A DNA stretch of 64,000 nucleotides. It comes from Camelus dromedarius. Taxonomy: Eukaryota. The stretch covers positions 36,024,001-36,088,000 of the forward strand of contig NC_087436.1 in assembly GCF_036321535.1 (NCBI RefSeq), in the 5' to 3' direction. The position numbers and the translations under genes were made by a program. The number at the start of each line of letters is the position of its first letter. The stretch's first letter is position 1. Positions 26,474-40,608 of this stretch are shown here, one piece after another. The notes beneath the pieces are model-generated. The model had not been told where the DNA came from and made no database searches. It saw nothing but the letters and a program-made list of their open reading frames with translations.

Positions 26474-28384
26474 CTGCATGAAAAGGAAACAATTGTTCAG
26501 TGTATTTATAAATCCAATCATATATGTCTTCTGATAAAAGGGAAAATAAATACATAAAAGAAAGAGAGAGAAAATGAAAGAAAGAAAATAAATCTGCTTT
26601 TAATTAATTTAGTTACTTTAGCATGCTTATTTTCACTAGGTGTTATTTACGCCTCAAAATTTAGAGCCATTCTACAAAAACTACACATCAATACAATGGT
26701 TGTGACTAAACATAACAATTTAATATCTTGTTCATAATCTGCCTACCCATCCATCCATATATCAGGCAAGGTGCTGGGCATCGAAGACAGAATAGTATAA
26801 TACTAGATGAATAGCTTTCTCTGGCAAGATGCAAGACCTCAGGACTATTCTTTTTATGACTCCATGATAATCCCTGAAAATGGAATGGGAATCATGTAAT
26901 TCATGACGTTATCTTACAGTCCCTGAGTATTTCCAATATAAATGCTGCTCTCAAGCACTCGGCTCTCACTTGGCCATGTAGACACTGATTCCATGGATCT
27001 GCAGAGCCAAAGAAGCTCTTCTCAGCCACTATCCCAGCCAGTGAAGACAACTTGCATAGACAAAATCTTAGGACCACCAAAACTGCTAACCCTCAGTCAC
27101 AGTATCACACTGTGACAATGACAATGACCCCTGTCACCCTCCAAAGTGTCTTCACTCAGCCTCTGTCTCAACGTCCCTTCAGATATCTGCCACTCAGGAC
27201 TTCATCTAGTTGATGAGAAATCTCTTTTCCTTTCTTGTGTTCAGGTATTTTAGAAGGGGTACCAAGGATGAAAGGTGTGGACCTCTAGTAATAAAATTCT
27301 ATCATTTCTTACTAGCTGGCTATCAACAAAAGAATCCCCATAAAAGTGGCTGGACTCCCAGTGATTTGCTGCTTACCACTGATTCAAAGATGTCCTTTTT
27401 TTTGGATATTTAACATTTCTGAATTTAAAGATTTTTCTTTCTTAAGTATCTAAAATCTCATATATTGTAAAAAGTAGTAGGCTTTCATTTTTACTGCACA
27501 CCTATTTGCTTTCTCATGATACAGTCATCATATCACAGGAAGTTATGAGATTAAAAAATAATAATAATAACTCCTACCTGATAACCACAAATATTCCCTT
27601 CAGATACTGGTATAAAGCTCGTCCTACAAATGCCAGATGTCCTTCTCAGCTATGGGAGATTTCTCTTCTTGTTCTTTCCAGCATGGGGCTTCTAATGACA
27701 CCCTTCCCTACACTCCAAACCCAATAGACATGTATGTACATGCTTCTTTTTCTGCATACATGTACATGCACGTGTGTACATACACAAACTTATTTTGAAC
27801 AAGATTCATGTTGTATCCCATGCAAATGATGGGTTCAGACAATTTAGGGAATGTAACTAGACAATGGCTTGAGTATTTCCTAAACAACTTATGCAAATTA
27901 AATAAAAATGTGACTGACTGAAACACAAGAGCAATCCGTAGCAGAATGTCAACTAATGCCACAAACTGGTATAAGTGATAACTAGCTTCAGTTAAGACGC
28001 CACATTACAAAGATAATTAACACATGGGATGACAAGTACTAGCTCAGAGGCATGCATAGGTGCTACTAAAACACAAAAAAGGAGCTACTTAGGAGTCAAG
28101 GATGCTCCTAGAGAAAGTAACATTTCAGGTGAGTCCGTAGTTGATTTACTCTGCAGCCTCAAAAATATGAAATACATCAAGACCCTGAAAGAAATCAGAA
28201 AGGTCTCCGATGAGCTGAAATATATGTTACTATATGCACTTTAACTGTAGAAGAGCTCTTAGGACTTTACTCAGAGTTCACTGACTTTTCAGTTATACAC
28301 AAGACTAATAAACTTGAGTTTGAATGAATCAAAGAATTTAGAAAAGGTGAACCTAAAAGCAGTAATACCCCAGTAGTATATGTA

Positions 28385-28662
28385 ATACCCAGAGCTTGGC
28401 TTCTAAACTCTCCATCCAAAGGTAAGTAAATTGCTTTAAGAATTTTACATTATACATAAAGTGGTACAGTAATATTTGAAGATAGACTGTAAATCGTATG
28501 TACTATAAACCCTAGACCAAGTATCTTTTTAAAAGGATAATCAAGATGTTGAGCTATCAAGAAAACAGGAGAGATAAACTAGAATACTAAAACATACTCA
28601 ACTAATCCAAAAGAAAGTAGGAAAAGTGGGGGGTGGGGATAAAAAGAACAGATGAAACAAAC
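28385..28662 (+). mobile_element. Old L1M fragment (inter-ORF region), host of a younger L1
   Basis: aagtggtacagtaatatttgaagatagactgt...actcaactaatccaaaagaa. Confidence 0.55.
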
Positions 28663-28679
28663 AAAACTTATAGCATAAA

Positions 28680-30386
28680 GGCAATCTACAGATTTAATGT
28701 GACCCCTATCAAATTAACCAGGACATTTTTTACAAAACTGGAACAAATGATCCTAAGATTTATATGGAATCACAAAAGACCCTGAATTGTCAAAGAAATA
28801 TTGAAGAAAAAGAACAAAGCTGGAAGAATAACCTTCCCAGACTTCAGACAATATTACAGAGCTATAGTAATCAAAACAGCATGGTACTGGCATAAAAACA
28901 GACATACAGATCAATGGAATAGAATAGAGAGCCAAGAAATAAATCCACAGACCTATGGTCAATTAATCTTCGACAAAGGAGGCAAGAATATACAATGGAG
29001 AAAAGACAGTCTCTTCAACAAGTGGTGTTGGGAAAGCTGGATAGCAGCATATAAATCAATGAAGTTAGGACACTCCCTCACTCCATACATAAAAATAAAC
29101 TCAAAATGGCTTAAAGATTTAAATATAAGACAAGACACAATAAATCTCCTAGAAGAAAACATAGGCAAAATATTCTGACATAAACCTTAGCAACATTCCC
29201 TTAGAGCAGTCTATCCAGGCAATGGAAATAAGAGCAAATATAAACAAGTGGGACCTAATAAACTCATAAGCTTTTGCACAGCAAATGAAACCATAAGAAA
29301 AACAAAACAACAACCAACAGAATGGGAGAAACTACTTGCAAATGATGTGACTGACAAAGACTTAATTTCCAGAATATATAAACAGCTCATACAACTTAAT
29401 AGCAAAAAATCAAACAACCCAATCCAAAAATGGGCAGAAGACTAAACAAGCATTTCTCTAATAAAGACATACAAATGGCCAATAGACATATGAAAAAATG
29501 CTCAATATCACTAATTATCAGAGAAATAAAAATCAAAACTACAATGAGCTATCACCTCACACCAGTCAGAAGGGCCATCATCCAAAAGTCCAAGAATGAT
29601 AAATACTGGAGAGGGTGTGGAGAAAAGGGAACCCTCCTAAACTGTTGGTGGGAATGTAGTCTGGTGTAGCCATTATGGAAAACAGTAGGGAGATTTCTCA
29701 AAAAACTAAAAATTGACTTACCCTATGATCCAGCAATCCCACTTCTATATCCAGAGGGAACTCTAAGTCGAAAAGATATATGCACCCCAATGTTCCTGTA
29801 AACACTATTTACAATAGCCAATACATGGAAGCAACCTAAATGTCCACTGATAGATGACTGGATAAAGAAGTTGTGGTATATTTATACAATGGACTACTAC
29901 TCTGCCATAAAAAGAATAAAATAATGCCATTTGCAGCAACATGGATGGACATAGAGATCATCATTCTAAGCAAAGTAAGCCAGAAAGAGAAAGACAAATA
30001 CCATACGATATCACTCACATGTGGTATCTAAAAAAAAAAATTGTGGGGGAGACACTATGAACTCATCTACAAAACAGAAACAGACTTGCAGACTTAGTAA
30101 ACTATCTAAGGGGAAAGAGGATGCGAGTGGAAAAAATTGGAAGTTTGAGATTTACAAATGTTAGCCTCTCTATATAAAAATAGATTTAAAAATTGTTTCT
30201 TTGGTATAGCACAGGGAACTATGTTCAATATCTTGTAATAACCTTTAATGGAAAAAAAAGAAAATGAATATATGTACGTATATGCACGACTGAGATACTG
30301 TGCTGTACATCAGAGAAAGACACGTTGTAATTGACTGTATTTCAATTAAAAAAAAAGAAAAAAAAAAGAAATTGATGGCCAGGACA
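28680..30386 (+). mobile_element. Young 5'-truncated LINE-1 (ORF2 C-terminus + 3'UTR + poly-A), cetartiodactyl type
   Basis: ORFs 28801..29178 ([26 protein letters not shown]), 29248.., 29430..; A-tail 30347-30370; candidate 17-bp TSD at 28663-28679 / 30387-30403 (15/17). Confidence 0.95.
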
Positions 30387-31504
30387 AAAAATTATGGCAT
30401 AAAAGTTACAGACATGCCTGATGAAAGGCAAACAATCTTCTAATTTTTTTTATACTACTTCCACGATGAGTGAGTCAAAAGCACACAGATATGGTAGTAC
30501 GGTAACAAGTAAGTAGATCAGAGCATGTGAGGAACAGGGTAGAACAGTCAAGGTAAGAGTGAAAAAAGGATAGGAAGAATATCTCAAAGTCTAGTCTGAC
30601 AAAAATCCAGTTGCTCCAAAGATACTGACATTCATCATATTCAATTAAGATGAGTTATCTGATAGCATCAACACAGAAATACGTAAGTAAGGAGAGGGTC
30701 AGTTTTATCTTTCTGCCTGATTTTCTGATTAAGCCGAGACAATGCATTAGTAAATTTTATATAACATTAATAAGATTAATTCTAATGCTCCCCACTCCCC
30801 CAAAATATTCTTCTTATATGTTTTCCTCTTTTCTTTAAAAATAATCTTTCCAAATTATTTCTGAGTAATAATTACACATCTAATAAAAATTAATATTTGT
30901 GGCTAATAGGGGGTAAATGCATGAAAAGCATAATTATGGCATATTATAAAATATCATCTAACATTTAAAGATACTTCTACATCTGACTGAAATCTACCAA
31001 CAACCAGGGAATACATAAACTATCTGTATGCAAACAAAGTTAGTAAGAAAACTTGCTTGGGATAGTGCTTTGGAGGACTAACATTATTTACAATTAGTAT
31101 ATCAATTGTTCGTGCATTGGTACTTAAACTGTCTGTAAGCAATCATGCTTACACAATAGAATGGTTTTTAAGCTTAATTTCCCAAAGATACTACAGAGAA
31201 GTCTCATCACTCTAATCTCATCACTGGTGATTTGATTATCTTAATTTCTTAAATAATACAGCCTCAGATGGCATTAATGTGAATAAAGACAAACAATGAA
31301 ACACTAGTTATGCTGAGACACAATGTTCTCATTTTAAAGTATATTGAGGAAATAGTAACAACTTAATACCAAATCAATTTTACAAGTTTGTTTTTAGACA
31401 CAGGTTAGACTGTATAACAGGAACACAAAATTGACACTCTTAGCTATCAGTGAGATATATAAACCTGAAGGCATTTTCCAAGTATTGTGGGACTGCAGAA
31501 GATA

Positions 31505-31686
31505 AAATGTGAAGGGCCAAACAGTAAATATTTTATGCACTGTAGGCCACAGACAGCCTGTATCACATATTATTCACTTTCTTTCAAACATCCTATTAAA
31601 AATAAAGTTCATTCTTAACCAGAGGGCTAGGTTAAAATAAACTGCAGGCTGGCTTTGGCCCAAAAGCTATAGTCTGCTGACCCTTG
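31505..31686 (+). mobile_element. MER58-family (MER58C-like) relic
   Basis: tgtgaagggccaaacagtaaatatttta...gcaggctggctttggcccaaaagctatagtctgctgaccc. Confidence 0.7.
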
Positions 31687-31889
31687 ATCTAGAATAATCT
31701 CACACAATTTGAAACAGTTCATTTTTATTGAATGAGATCAAAAGTCACCAAAAATATCAATGACATGATTACTAAGTGAAAAACCTGGACTGCAAAATAT
31801 TTTTAAAAATTGATCAAAATATTAAGGGAAAAAATCAATGGCACTTAAAAAACCAATTTCAAAACATCTAGTCATGTTTAAGTTATTCA

Positions 31890-32100
31890 TGCCCAATGAC
31901 AAACTTCTACCTCTAGGTATATATATCCTAGAGAAACTCTTGTACATACACACAAGGGGACGTACAAAAATATTACTGACGCATTCTTTACAACAACAAA
32001 AAAACTAAACTTGGAAAAATCTAAAAATTCATTAATATAAAATGGGTAAATAAATCATAGTGTTCTCATAAAATGGAGTACTATACATCAAGTGCGAATG
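31890..32100 (+). mobile_element. Old L1ME-like fragment
   Basis: ctctaggtatatatatcctagagaaactcttgtacat...tgggtaaataaatcatagtg...aaatggagtactatac. Confidence 0.6.
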
Positions 32101-33619
32101 AAGGGCTGGGGTAACAAAGACAGTTTGGAAGCAGGTAGACAAGAAAGAAAGCTATTATAGAGCCAAAACCCACTGCCTTATATACTTCTAGAGAGTTCTT
32201 AATGTTTTGACAAATGTTTAAAGGTCATGGAATAGTTACAATTTTCCCATTGATTATTAAGATCATTTTGTATGGTTTCACCTTGCATGAACATTTTTAG
32301 AGTCCTGCACTACAGTGCAAAACAAGGTCTGCCCCACTCATATTATATAAATTACACTTTTACTCCAAGGGGGCTATGAACAAAGACTTAAGAAAGTAAA
32401 CAACAAAATAATCAGGGCTCATTAAATAAATCAAGCTTTCGACAATCAGGAGAATAAGTTTTTGTTGGGGAGGGGTTGGAGTGGGGAGAGTGAGGAAGGG
32501 ATAAGAAAATTTTATGCATAATTTTATTCAGTTTAGAGTGACTAATAGACAAGTGTGACCTGAAAATAATCAGAAAGGAAACTGTTAGTGTACCAGTTAA
32601 TTTTATTGTAATTATTATCATGCAAACTCTGTATTACTGTTATTATTCTTATTGCAACTCTCCATAAAAGTCAAGGGCGTGACATGAAATAGTAATCTAA
32701 TGAAGACAGTCATTTAAATAGGCAATATATTCAATGTATATACACTGCCTTCTCATTATCTGGCTTAACTGAAAGGAAGCAGTTAGAGAATCTGGAGAAA
32801 TGATTACAGTTCTCCATAGAGCTGACTCTAAAAAAGAAGACAACCTGAATATTAATTTTGGAAAGTACAAGGTTATGATCATTTCATGATCTGAGAATAC
32901 AATATCAATATCGTGCTACTGATAACAGAAAGGTTAATATGTTTTAAATAACCGATGTATAGGCAAACAGACAGTATTTTGCTGAAAATGTGAAAATGTG
33001 GCCTAAAGCCTCAACCAGTGAAGGGCCATTCTACTACCACGTAGAGGTGGGCTACAGAAAACCTGTGGATAAGAAACAATGCTTTCTCTCCAGAAACAAA
33101 ATAAACAAACAAAAAAATCAAATCGATTTCAAAATCTAACCTAAGAATTTAGCATTGTGAAGAAAATCTGGGTTAGACTAATTCAAGTCAATATTACTTC
33201 TAAGTCATAGCAGTAATCAAAAGTTCTGTAAGGTCTCCAGGGAACAAGTGGTTTTGTACAGAACTACAGCTGAGGAATCCTACCTAGATGACTGGCCTAA
33301 AAATGCAACCCCAGTAGCTGAACCGACACAGTACATGAAGCCAAAATTCTATATGAAGTCAAGGCAATACCATCACCAAAGAAAGTTATTCTGAGTTTGA
33401 AGTTCAAATTGCTCCCGACCAAAAAAATCACTATATTCTGATACAACCAGCTGCAAAAGATTAAGTTCAGTTTAAAGATATATACTACGTTTTATTCTAA
33501 CACTAACAAAAAACTTAAGGGATCATAAGCTATGCTGCTATACTTTTTTGTTCTATTTGAGGTTAAATATACATCCAATTATGAAAAACAGAAGCAGAAA
33601 TTAGCATCAGCTAAGGAAA

Positions 33620-33805
33620 TCTTGCTAAATGCTTGACAGGTACTATCCCCTTTATTGCTTATAACAGTCCTCCGAGGTGAATACTATCATTACAGTAACT
33701 CTAGATGAAAAAAAATGAAGTTTAAAAAAAAGAAGTTAAGTAATTTGCAAAGACACAGATTAGTAAATGGTAGAACTGGGAGTCAAGTCTCTTAACCATT
33801 ACACC
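33620..33805 (-). mobile_element. MIR SINE
   Basis: aacagtcctccgaggtgaatactatc...agttaagtaatttgc...tagtaaatggtagaactggga. Confidence 0.65.
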
Positions 33806-36800
33806 TGACAATTAGAGGAAATGTCCCAAATGTTCAGCCACCAGCAGGCAAAAGAATAAGCAACAGACTAGAATATAAGCATTATGAGAGCAACTTGTAG
33901 GATGTTATTAGTGGAAGGGCTGTAGAAGCCATTTACTTTAACCTACCTCACTTAAAAGCTGAGGAAAACAAAGCACAAAGTGAAATGCCGAAAGTCCTAG
34001 AAAAGTTAAATGGCAGAAATGATGCTAAGAATGCAGGATTTGGGTTCCTGGGATACTATGCTTTCAAAAAACTATGATGCCTTCTGTTTTCTCCAAGTTC
34101 AAAAAAAAAAAGTTTAAAAAAGGGAAATGTCCCCTTAAGAATATACACGGAACCAACAATTCAAATTCAAATGTATTTGTGGGAACAGATCAAGTGGAAG
34201 GGAAAGTCTAACTCTGAATAAATAGCTGCTAGCATGGGTTAATTTAAAAATAAGAATTTTCGATACCCATTATAAATAACAGACCATTAATATTGAACTA
34301 TAAGGGTTAGGTACACATAGTATGGTCTATGGGTCCCACATTTGCTCATAACTTACTTAACTCTTTAAAAATACATAAATCCCTAGAATAGACAAGGCTG
34401 ATGAAACTAGATAAGGTTATTTTCTTCCAATTTTACTTACCAAATAACTATGTTATGCTAGTTCTGCCACATTTCACCTTTACTGATAACGGTGACCAAG
34501 AAAAACTATCAAAAGTAAGCTGAATGCCATGAATTGGCTTCTCTAGGGGTACTGTTATTTTTAATGTTTCCATGCCAAGATTTCATGAGTTCAAGTTTAT
34601 AAAACAACAAAAACAACATAGATACATGTAAAAATTTGTCCAACTGTTCTAATAATCTAGTAAAAACTAAAGCTGACTTATCTGTTACTGTATTTCAGTA
34701 TTTTACACTACACCAGTCACAAATTCATGTATAATATGTATACCTCATGCTCTTGCAGTTCTGCCTCTTTAATCACTACTGGTTTTTTCCAGTCTTCCCC
34801 AGAGCTTTTTAAATGTGTCTGACACCTGCCTGTTGCTTTTGGCTATTATAATTCAAATCAAGTTTTTATAAGTTCCAAAATGTCTAGGGAAGGCAAGTTA
34901 ACCCAAGTGTTAACTATGGTTAAATGTTATGGAATATGCTCATAAAAACCCAAACTCACATGAGATAGAATTACATATGTGCAATGTGAGTAAAGGATCT
35001 TGAAAATTAATAAAAAGTACAGTATCAGCACATATAGAAGGCCATTTTGAGAGAGCACTTCAAAGAGTCTGAAAACAGGCATTAAGTGCTAGGCAAGAAA
35101 TGCCATGGGCAAGTAAACCCTAAAAAGTGAGAGGGGCTGGCAGGGAAGGAAACAGAATTCAAGCTGTTTTCTCAGAAAGTATAATGCAAACCTCCCCCAC
35201 AATTCATTCATTCAGGAAAAGAAAATGACACATTTCTTCAGAACTTACACTGTGGGGACCATGCTGACTATGAGGAAGCCAACTGTAACGTGTACACGTG
35301 TACATGCCCTCATATTAAGTGATAAGAGAATCTCTTATATTATTACTGACCACTCCTGTCATTCTCAATCTCCTTTACTGACTACTGTGCAGCATTTTAA
35401 ACACGAAGTCTCAACTACCATGTTTTCATCTCTAGAAATGACCATTCTCTTGAGCTACAAACCCATATTCAACATATTATGGACACATCTGCCGTATCTT
35501 CCAAAGGCATTTCAAACTCCACATAACTAAATCCCAATTACTTCCTTTTCACATGCTAACTCTTCCTAGAGTTAGGGTATTTCCACCTGCCAGTCATCAA
35601 AAGTAAACATTTTATTCATCTTTGATTTCTCCCTTTCTTTCTCATTTCTCACATAAAATTAACCATCAAGATTATAAATGCTACCCATTTCATTACATCC
35701 CTTGTTTGGTCAAATGTCTCTCTCACTAAATTATGAGTCGGTAGATAGCAAGGAACCTATCTAATGTATCTTTGTTTACCATGTACAGTGCCTCGGGTGT
35801 AGAAGGTGCTTAATACATATTTGAATCCTTGTTGCAATAGTAAAACATTTACAAATATATTTAAAGTGCTACAGAAATGAAATTGTAATATTTATTTCAA
35901 CTCCAGTTAAACTTCATTCAAAAGAGATTTCAAAGAAGGAAAAAACAACTGATCTCTCTCAGCTGGAATCCATGAATAAAAATTTAAGCCAACCCAACAA
36001 CAGAATGTTCTATTATTAAGTAAACTTCTTAGAAGTCTAAAAGCATTGTTCTCTTTCTAAATTTCTCTAGGTCTTCCTGGATTCCAAATGCTAAACATTT
36101 TATTATTTGTTATGTATATTGTTATTTTTTACTTTTACCCAAAAATACAAAAAAGTATTTTATAGAATACTTTTATGTCAAGATATCATTTTTATATAGC
36201 AGTTTTATCTGACAGAAGCCCAACTCAAAAATATTAACATACAGTTTTAACATATGATGTGCAATTTTAACATGTCAGTTTATATTGTGCACAAATAATG
36301 CCAAATTTAAGTAAATCCAATCTAACTTCTATATAACTTGTGATACTGACAATGGCACAGTAAGTATTCTATTTGTCCTAAGAATAATAGATCGCTATTA
36401 GTTATTACCTAACAGCCATTCAAACAGTGATAAAACTAAGTTTTTATCTTTACTTAATACTGATGCTAATAACCATCAACTTAAGAGTATGGGGCACATA
36501 GGACAGCACTATTTGAAAAAGTAAAGGGATTTTTTTAAGCTGAAAAAAAAAAAAACTCTAAGGGAAATTAAACAGAAACTCAAAAAGTTTCAGGCTATAG
36601 ATGACCCCACATGGCAATAAATCTATAGAAGGAGAATAAAAAGTTAGGGTTCACAAAAGACATGAAAACTGGACATAGGTCCTGGTGAGACTCTAAATTA
36701 GAAGCTGTACCCAAGGTGAAAGAAAAAAAATAACCAAAACACTGAAAGAAAGTATTCTTTATAATGTTGGGGTCTGGGTCTGGGGCCAGAACCAACATAT

Positions 36801-37049
36801 ACCTTTATAGCCTTCAACTGAGAACTGCAGAGAAACAGGGAAGCTCAGGGCAGTCCTAAACCCAATTTCTCTAGCCAACTTTGTCCCAGGGCTTTTCTCA
36901 GTAACTCCACTATCATCATGAACAGCAGGATGATAAATAGGAAAGAAGGTCTTCCTCCGAAGCCCTCACCAAAGGAACTGACAATTCCCCCATGATTCTT
37001 CTCCTTCCCTGCATCCAGTCATCCCATATAGTGCAGTAACTCTGAGCTG

Positions 37050-37118
37050 ATCTTTTTTAACTTCAGTTACATTCACTGAATCGCTATCTTTTTTAACTTC
37101 AGTTACATTCACTGAATC
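37050..37118 (+). repeat. Perfect 33-bp tandem duplication with a 3-nt spacer
   Basis: atcttttttaacttcagttacattcactgaatc at 37050-37082 and 37086-37118. Confidence 0.95.
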
Positions 37119-37169
37119 TGGACATAATATGCCCCCGTCTGTGATATCATCCTTAAAACTCTTATATAA

Positions 37170-37830
37170 TTAGTAGACTTGTTTTCTTCTTGGTGAAGTT
37201 GAAGGTTTACAGAAGAAATGAGCATAGAGTACAAATACATCCCCATATACCTACCCCTACCCCCAATACATACTCAGTTTCCCCTATTCTTATCATATTT
37301 TAATATGGTACATTTGTTACAATTAATAAACCAATATTAATATACTATTATTAACCAAAGTCCACAGTTTTTTCAGATTTCTTAGTTTTTACCTAATGAC
37401 CTTTTCCTGTTCCAGGATCTTATCCAGGAAACCATAACAGTATACTTAGCCTGTCTCACTGGGCTCCTCTTGACTGTGACTGTTTCTCAGATTGCCCTTA
37501 TTTTTGATGACCCTGACAGCTTCAGGAGTACTGGTCAAGGTATTTTACTCCAATTTGGGTTTCCCTGATGATTTCACATATTTCGCCATGGATTATGAGT
37601 GTGTGGGAGGAAGACCCCGGAAATAAAGTGCCATTCTCATCACGTCATACAAGGGTACACACAGTACACACTAACAACAGGACTGATCACTGATGATGTT
37701 AACCTTGATGACCTCGCTGAGGTAGTGTCTGTCAGGTTTCTCCACTACAAAGAAACCCTGCCCCTCCCTCCTTTCTGCATTGCACCCTGTGGAATGCAGC
37801 CTACACTTAGGGAGTTAAGTAGTTATGCTC
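37170..37830 (-). mobile_element. L1MC/L1MD-type 3'UTR fragment
   Basis: tggtacatttgttacaattaataaaccaatattaatatactattattaaccaaagtcc...ttttcctgttccaggatc...aagtgccattctcatcac. Confidence 0.8.
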
Positions 37831-37879
37831 TCCAACACTTTATCACTTACGTTTTTAATATAATATAATCCTTTAAAAT

Positions 37880-38015
37880 ATAATCCTCTCAAAAAGCCTA
37901 TACAGATGAAAAAACTAAGTCTTAGAGAACTTGTTTAGAGTTACAGAGCTAAAAAGTGCTATTATTAGAAATCAAACCAAAGCTATCTGATTCCTAGCTT
38001 AGTGCTTTATTCATT
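37880..38015 (-). mobile_element. MIR SINE
   Basis: tacagatgaaaaaactaagtcttagaga...ttacagagcta. Confidence 0.55.
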
Positions 38016-38371
38016 GTAACATACTCAATCTCAAGGGCACAAATTATATACTAATAGGTAAACTTCAAGCTCCACAGTATTCAACCACTAGTCTTTTTCC
38101 ATGCACTTCCATTTAATACGTCAGGTTCCTGTTTCTTTGACAGTGATTACCCTTTCTTATTCTCTCAACCAACTTCCAACCAACAGCCACGCTATTTTTC
38201 TGTTTTCTTTGTCGTAGAGAAACAAAATTATTTTTAAACTAGGTTCCAGAAACATCTTTCCGCTTCTCTGAACCTGCCTGAACTACCTTCTCCAGTAACT
38301 TGGTGTAATTAATGAAAAAAGCACTAGATACTAAATTTACTTGGGGTGAGGGGGAGGGAAATAGAAGACCA

Positions 38372-38500
38372 TATAATACAGTAGTTCAGTGCTCAGACTC
38401 TGGAGTTAAAAAGTCCTGAGATCAAATTTCAGTTTTACCACTATCACTTGGACTTGGAAAAGTCACCTCACCTTCTTAAATATCATTAACTTATCTGTAA
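38372..38500 (+). mobile_element. MIR SINE
   Basis: agtgctcagactctggagtt...ttggaaaagtcacctcacctt...atctgtaa. Confidence 0.6.
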
Positions 38501-40608
38501 TCCTAGAAACTAATCTTTAAGCATTCAGTATATAAAAAAAGTATCGATGCAGTTTTCCATGCAATATTTGAAAAATGAAAGCTCTATGATTTACAGACTA
38601 GCCTATATAATTTTTTAAAAGCTTAAAGATGAACGTGGAACTTACCAAGTTCAGATTATTTTGTACTTTTGATAACAGAACAGTAGAGGATCTAATTAAA
38701 TGAACAATAGTAATTACTTTGACTTGTACACTGCTTTGAATACACGTTTTTCCTGAATACAGGATGTATTTTGCTTTGTTCTGTTTTTGTTTTGTTTTTT
38801 GGCTGTATTTTATACAATTCCTCTCTGAGACAAGTATTAGAAGAAAATTTCCCCCTAAATCAAAGATATACTAAGCTCATACATTCTTATACTCACCAAT
38901 ACAGCTAATAAAGGACTTGCTGAAAATCCCTGTCAGAGGTCTAACCACCCTTCTTCCAGAATCAGTAACACTTCTTCATAAAGTAAAGCAGCCCAGCTAT
39001 ACAAGGGTAATTAATCTATTGTAGCACACCAGACAAAAAACAAGAGAGAAGCAGAGAGGAAATTTCAACTGGAAAATATTTTGACGTAATTGACCCAGAT
39101 GACAAACTAAACTTAAGCATATGTCAAGTGCTACAGTCTGCACAAAAACACATACAGATGCCAAAGGATATTAAGAGGCCACACAAGCCAAGGAGAAGTC
39201 TTAACTCTGAGTAGAATATAAATCTTGTAATCACTGTTTAGAAAAGATGCACAGGGGAAGCTAAAGGGTTCTTTCATAAACTCAGGGAAAGAAATGTTTA
39301 AAGTTTTAAAATTCTTTATCTTGTGAATTAAAGGTAATTACCATTGCAAAAAAGTGTTAGGGAGTTTCTCTTTTCAGTACATCCAAAATGTTTGTGTTTC
39401 CCAACAGGCTAGAAAATTAAATATTACAGTGTCTATTTTTATTTCTGATCACTTTCCCAATGTGTAAGACACTGTTTCAAAAAATTCAAATCCAATTATA
39501 ACACTTAACTCCTTCAGACAACAAACATCTACGTTGGAAACAAAAGACAACTTTTTCTTTGTAGGAAGATAAAAATAGAAAGAATACAATGTGAATTCCT
39601 AACTTCTCTGACTTGATTTCCTCATACATAAGCTACTATGATATATGACATAGCTACTTTAGCTCTTCTCATAAGCATTAATCAATCCAAGATAAAAGCA
39701 CCAATGAAAATGCAGAGAAAATTACTTTTTCACATTCCCAATTTTTTTTCATAATTTTTAAACATATAGAAGAGTTAAAAGAATGGTAAAATGAACACCC
39801 ATTGTTCATTAAATATACCCTCCACCCAGATTCAAAAATTGGATAATACTGTCAAACAACACTAAATTGTATACTGAATAAAAATCTGTATTAAATAAAA
39901 ATTTGTAAGTAGGATATGTAATCATCTCTCAGCAAGTATGAACTCAATTTATTAAGAGAATTTCTTAACATCTCTTATCTTTTGTGTGTGTGACGTAAAA
40001 TAATTAAAAAGTTAATGAAAAGGCGCATGTAAGTTAATAATACATGGTTGGTTATTTTACATGAAGAGTGTCCAAGATAAACCTTTCAAAGAATCTTTTT
40101 ATCATTTTCTCACCATGAAAAAAGACAAAAGTGAAACTGTAAAGTTATGAAAGGTTTCATATTCCGAAGTGGTAATAAATATATTTTTAAGTAATCCTAA
40201 GAAAGTTCAGAAAGCAGTCATGGTAGCACCTGGAACTGTTTTCTTGGATCACAAAAGAGTGAGATACTAATATGCAAGAAAACATAACTGTCTTGGTTTA
40301 GTAAAAGTGATTAGTACAATTAAAAAATGTAGAAACCAAAGAAGACTGGTTTCGAATACACATGGGTATAAAAATTATTGATACTCAAGAAACTAAAGAA
40401 AGCAGTCTTCTACTGTGCACCATGATTTGGTGATTACATGCACTAATTAATTATTTCTCATCTCCCTATATTATATTGCCAGCAACCTCAAATAGAAATC
40501 AACTACACTTTAAGATGCATTTTCATGTTCTCCTAAGGGTAGGAAACGGAGAATGGATGGTAGCGGAGCTGGAAGAGAGAGTAGCAATTAAACAATTTAA
40601 CCCCCCAC

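Noticed and set aside
32140..32335. Possible ancient Tigger-like terminal fragment
   Set aside because: Resemblance too weak to call without an HMM search.
33815..34135. Repeated ggaaatgtccc (a similar motif near 48985) as NF-kB sites
   Set aside because: Imperfect match to GGGRNNYYCC, short, and plausible by chance.
35288..35304. 14-bp palindrome tgtacacgtgtaca with a central CACGTG E-box
   Set aside because: Explained by an 8-bp tandem duplication of alternating purine-pyrimidine sequence; no other support.
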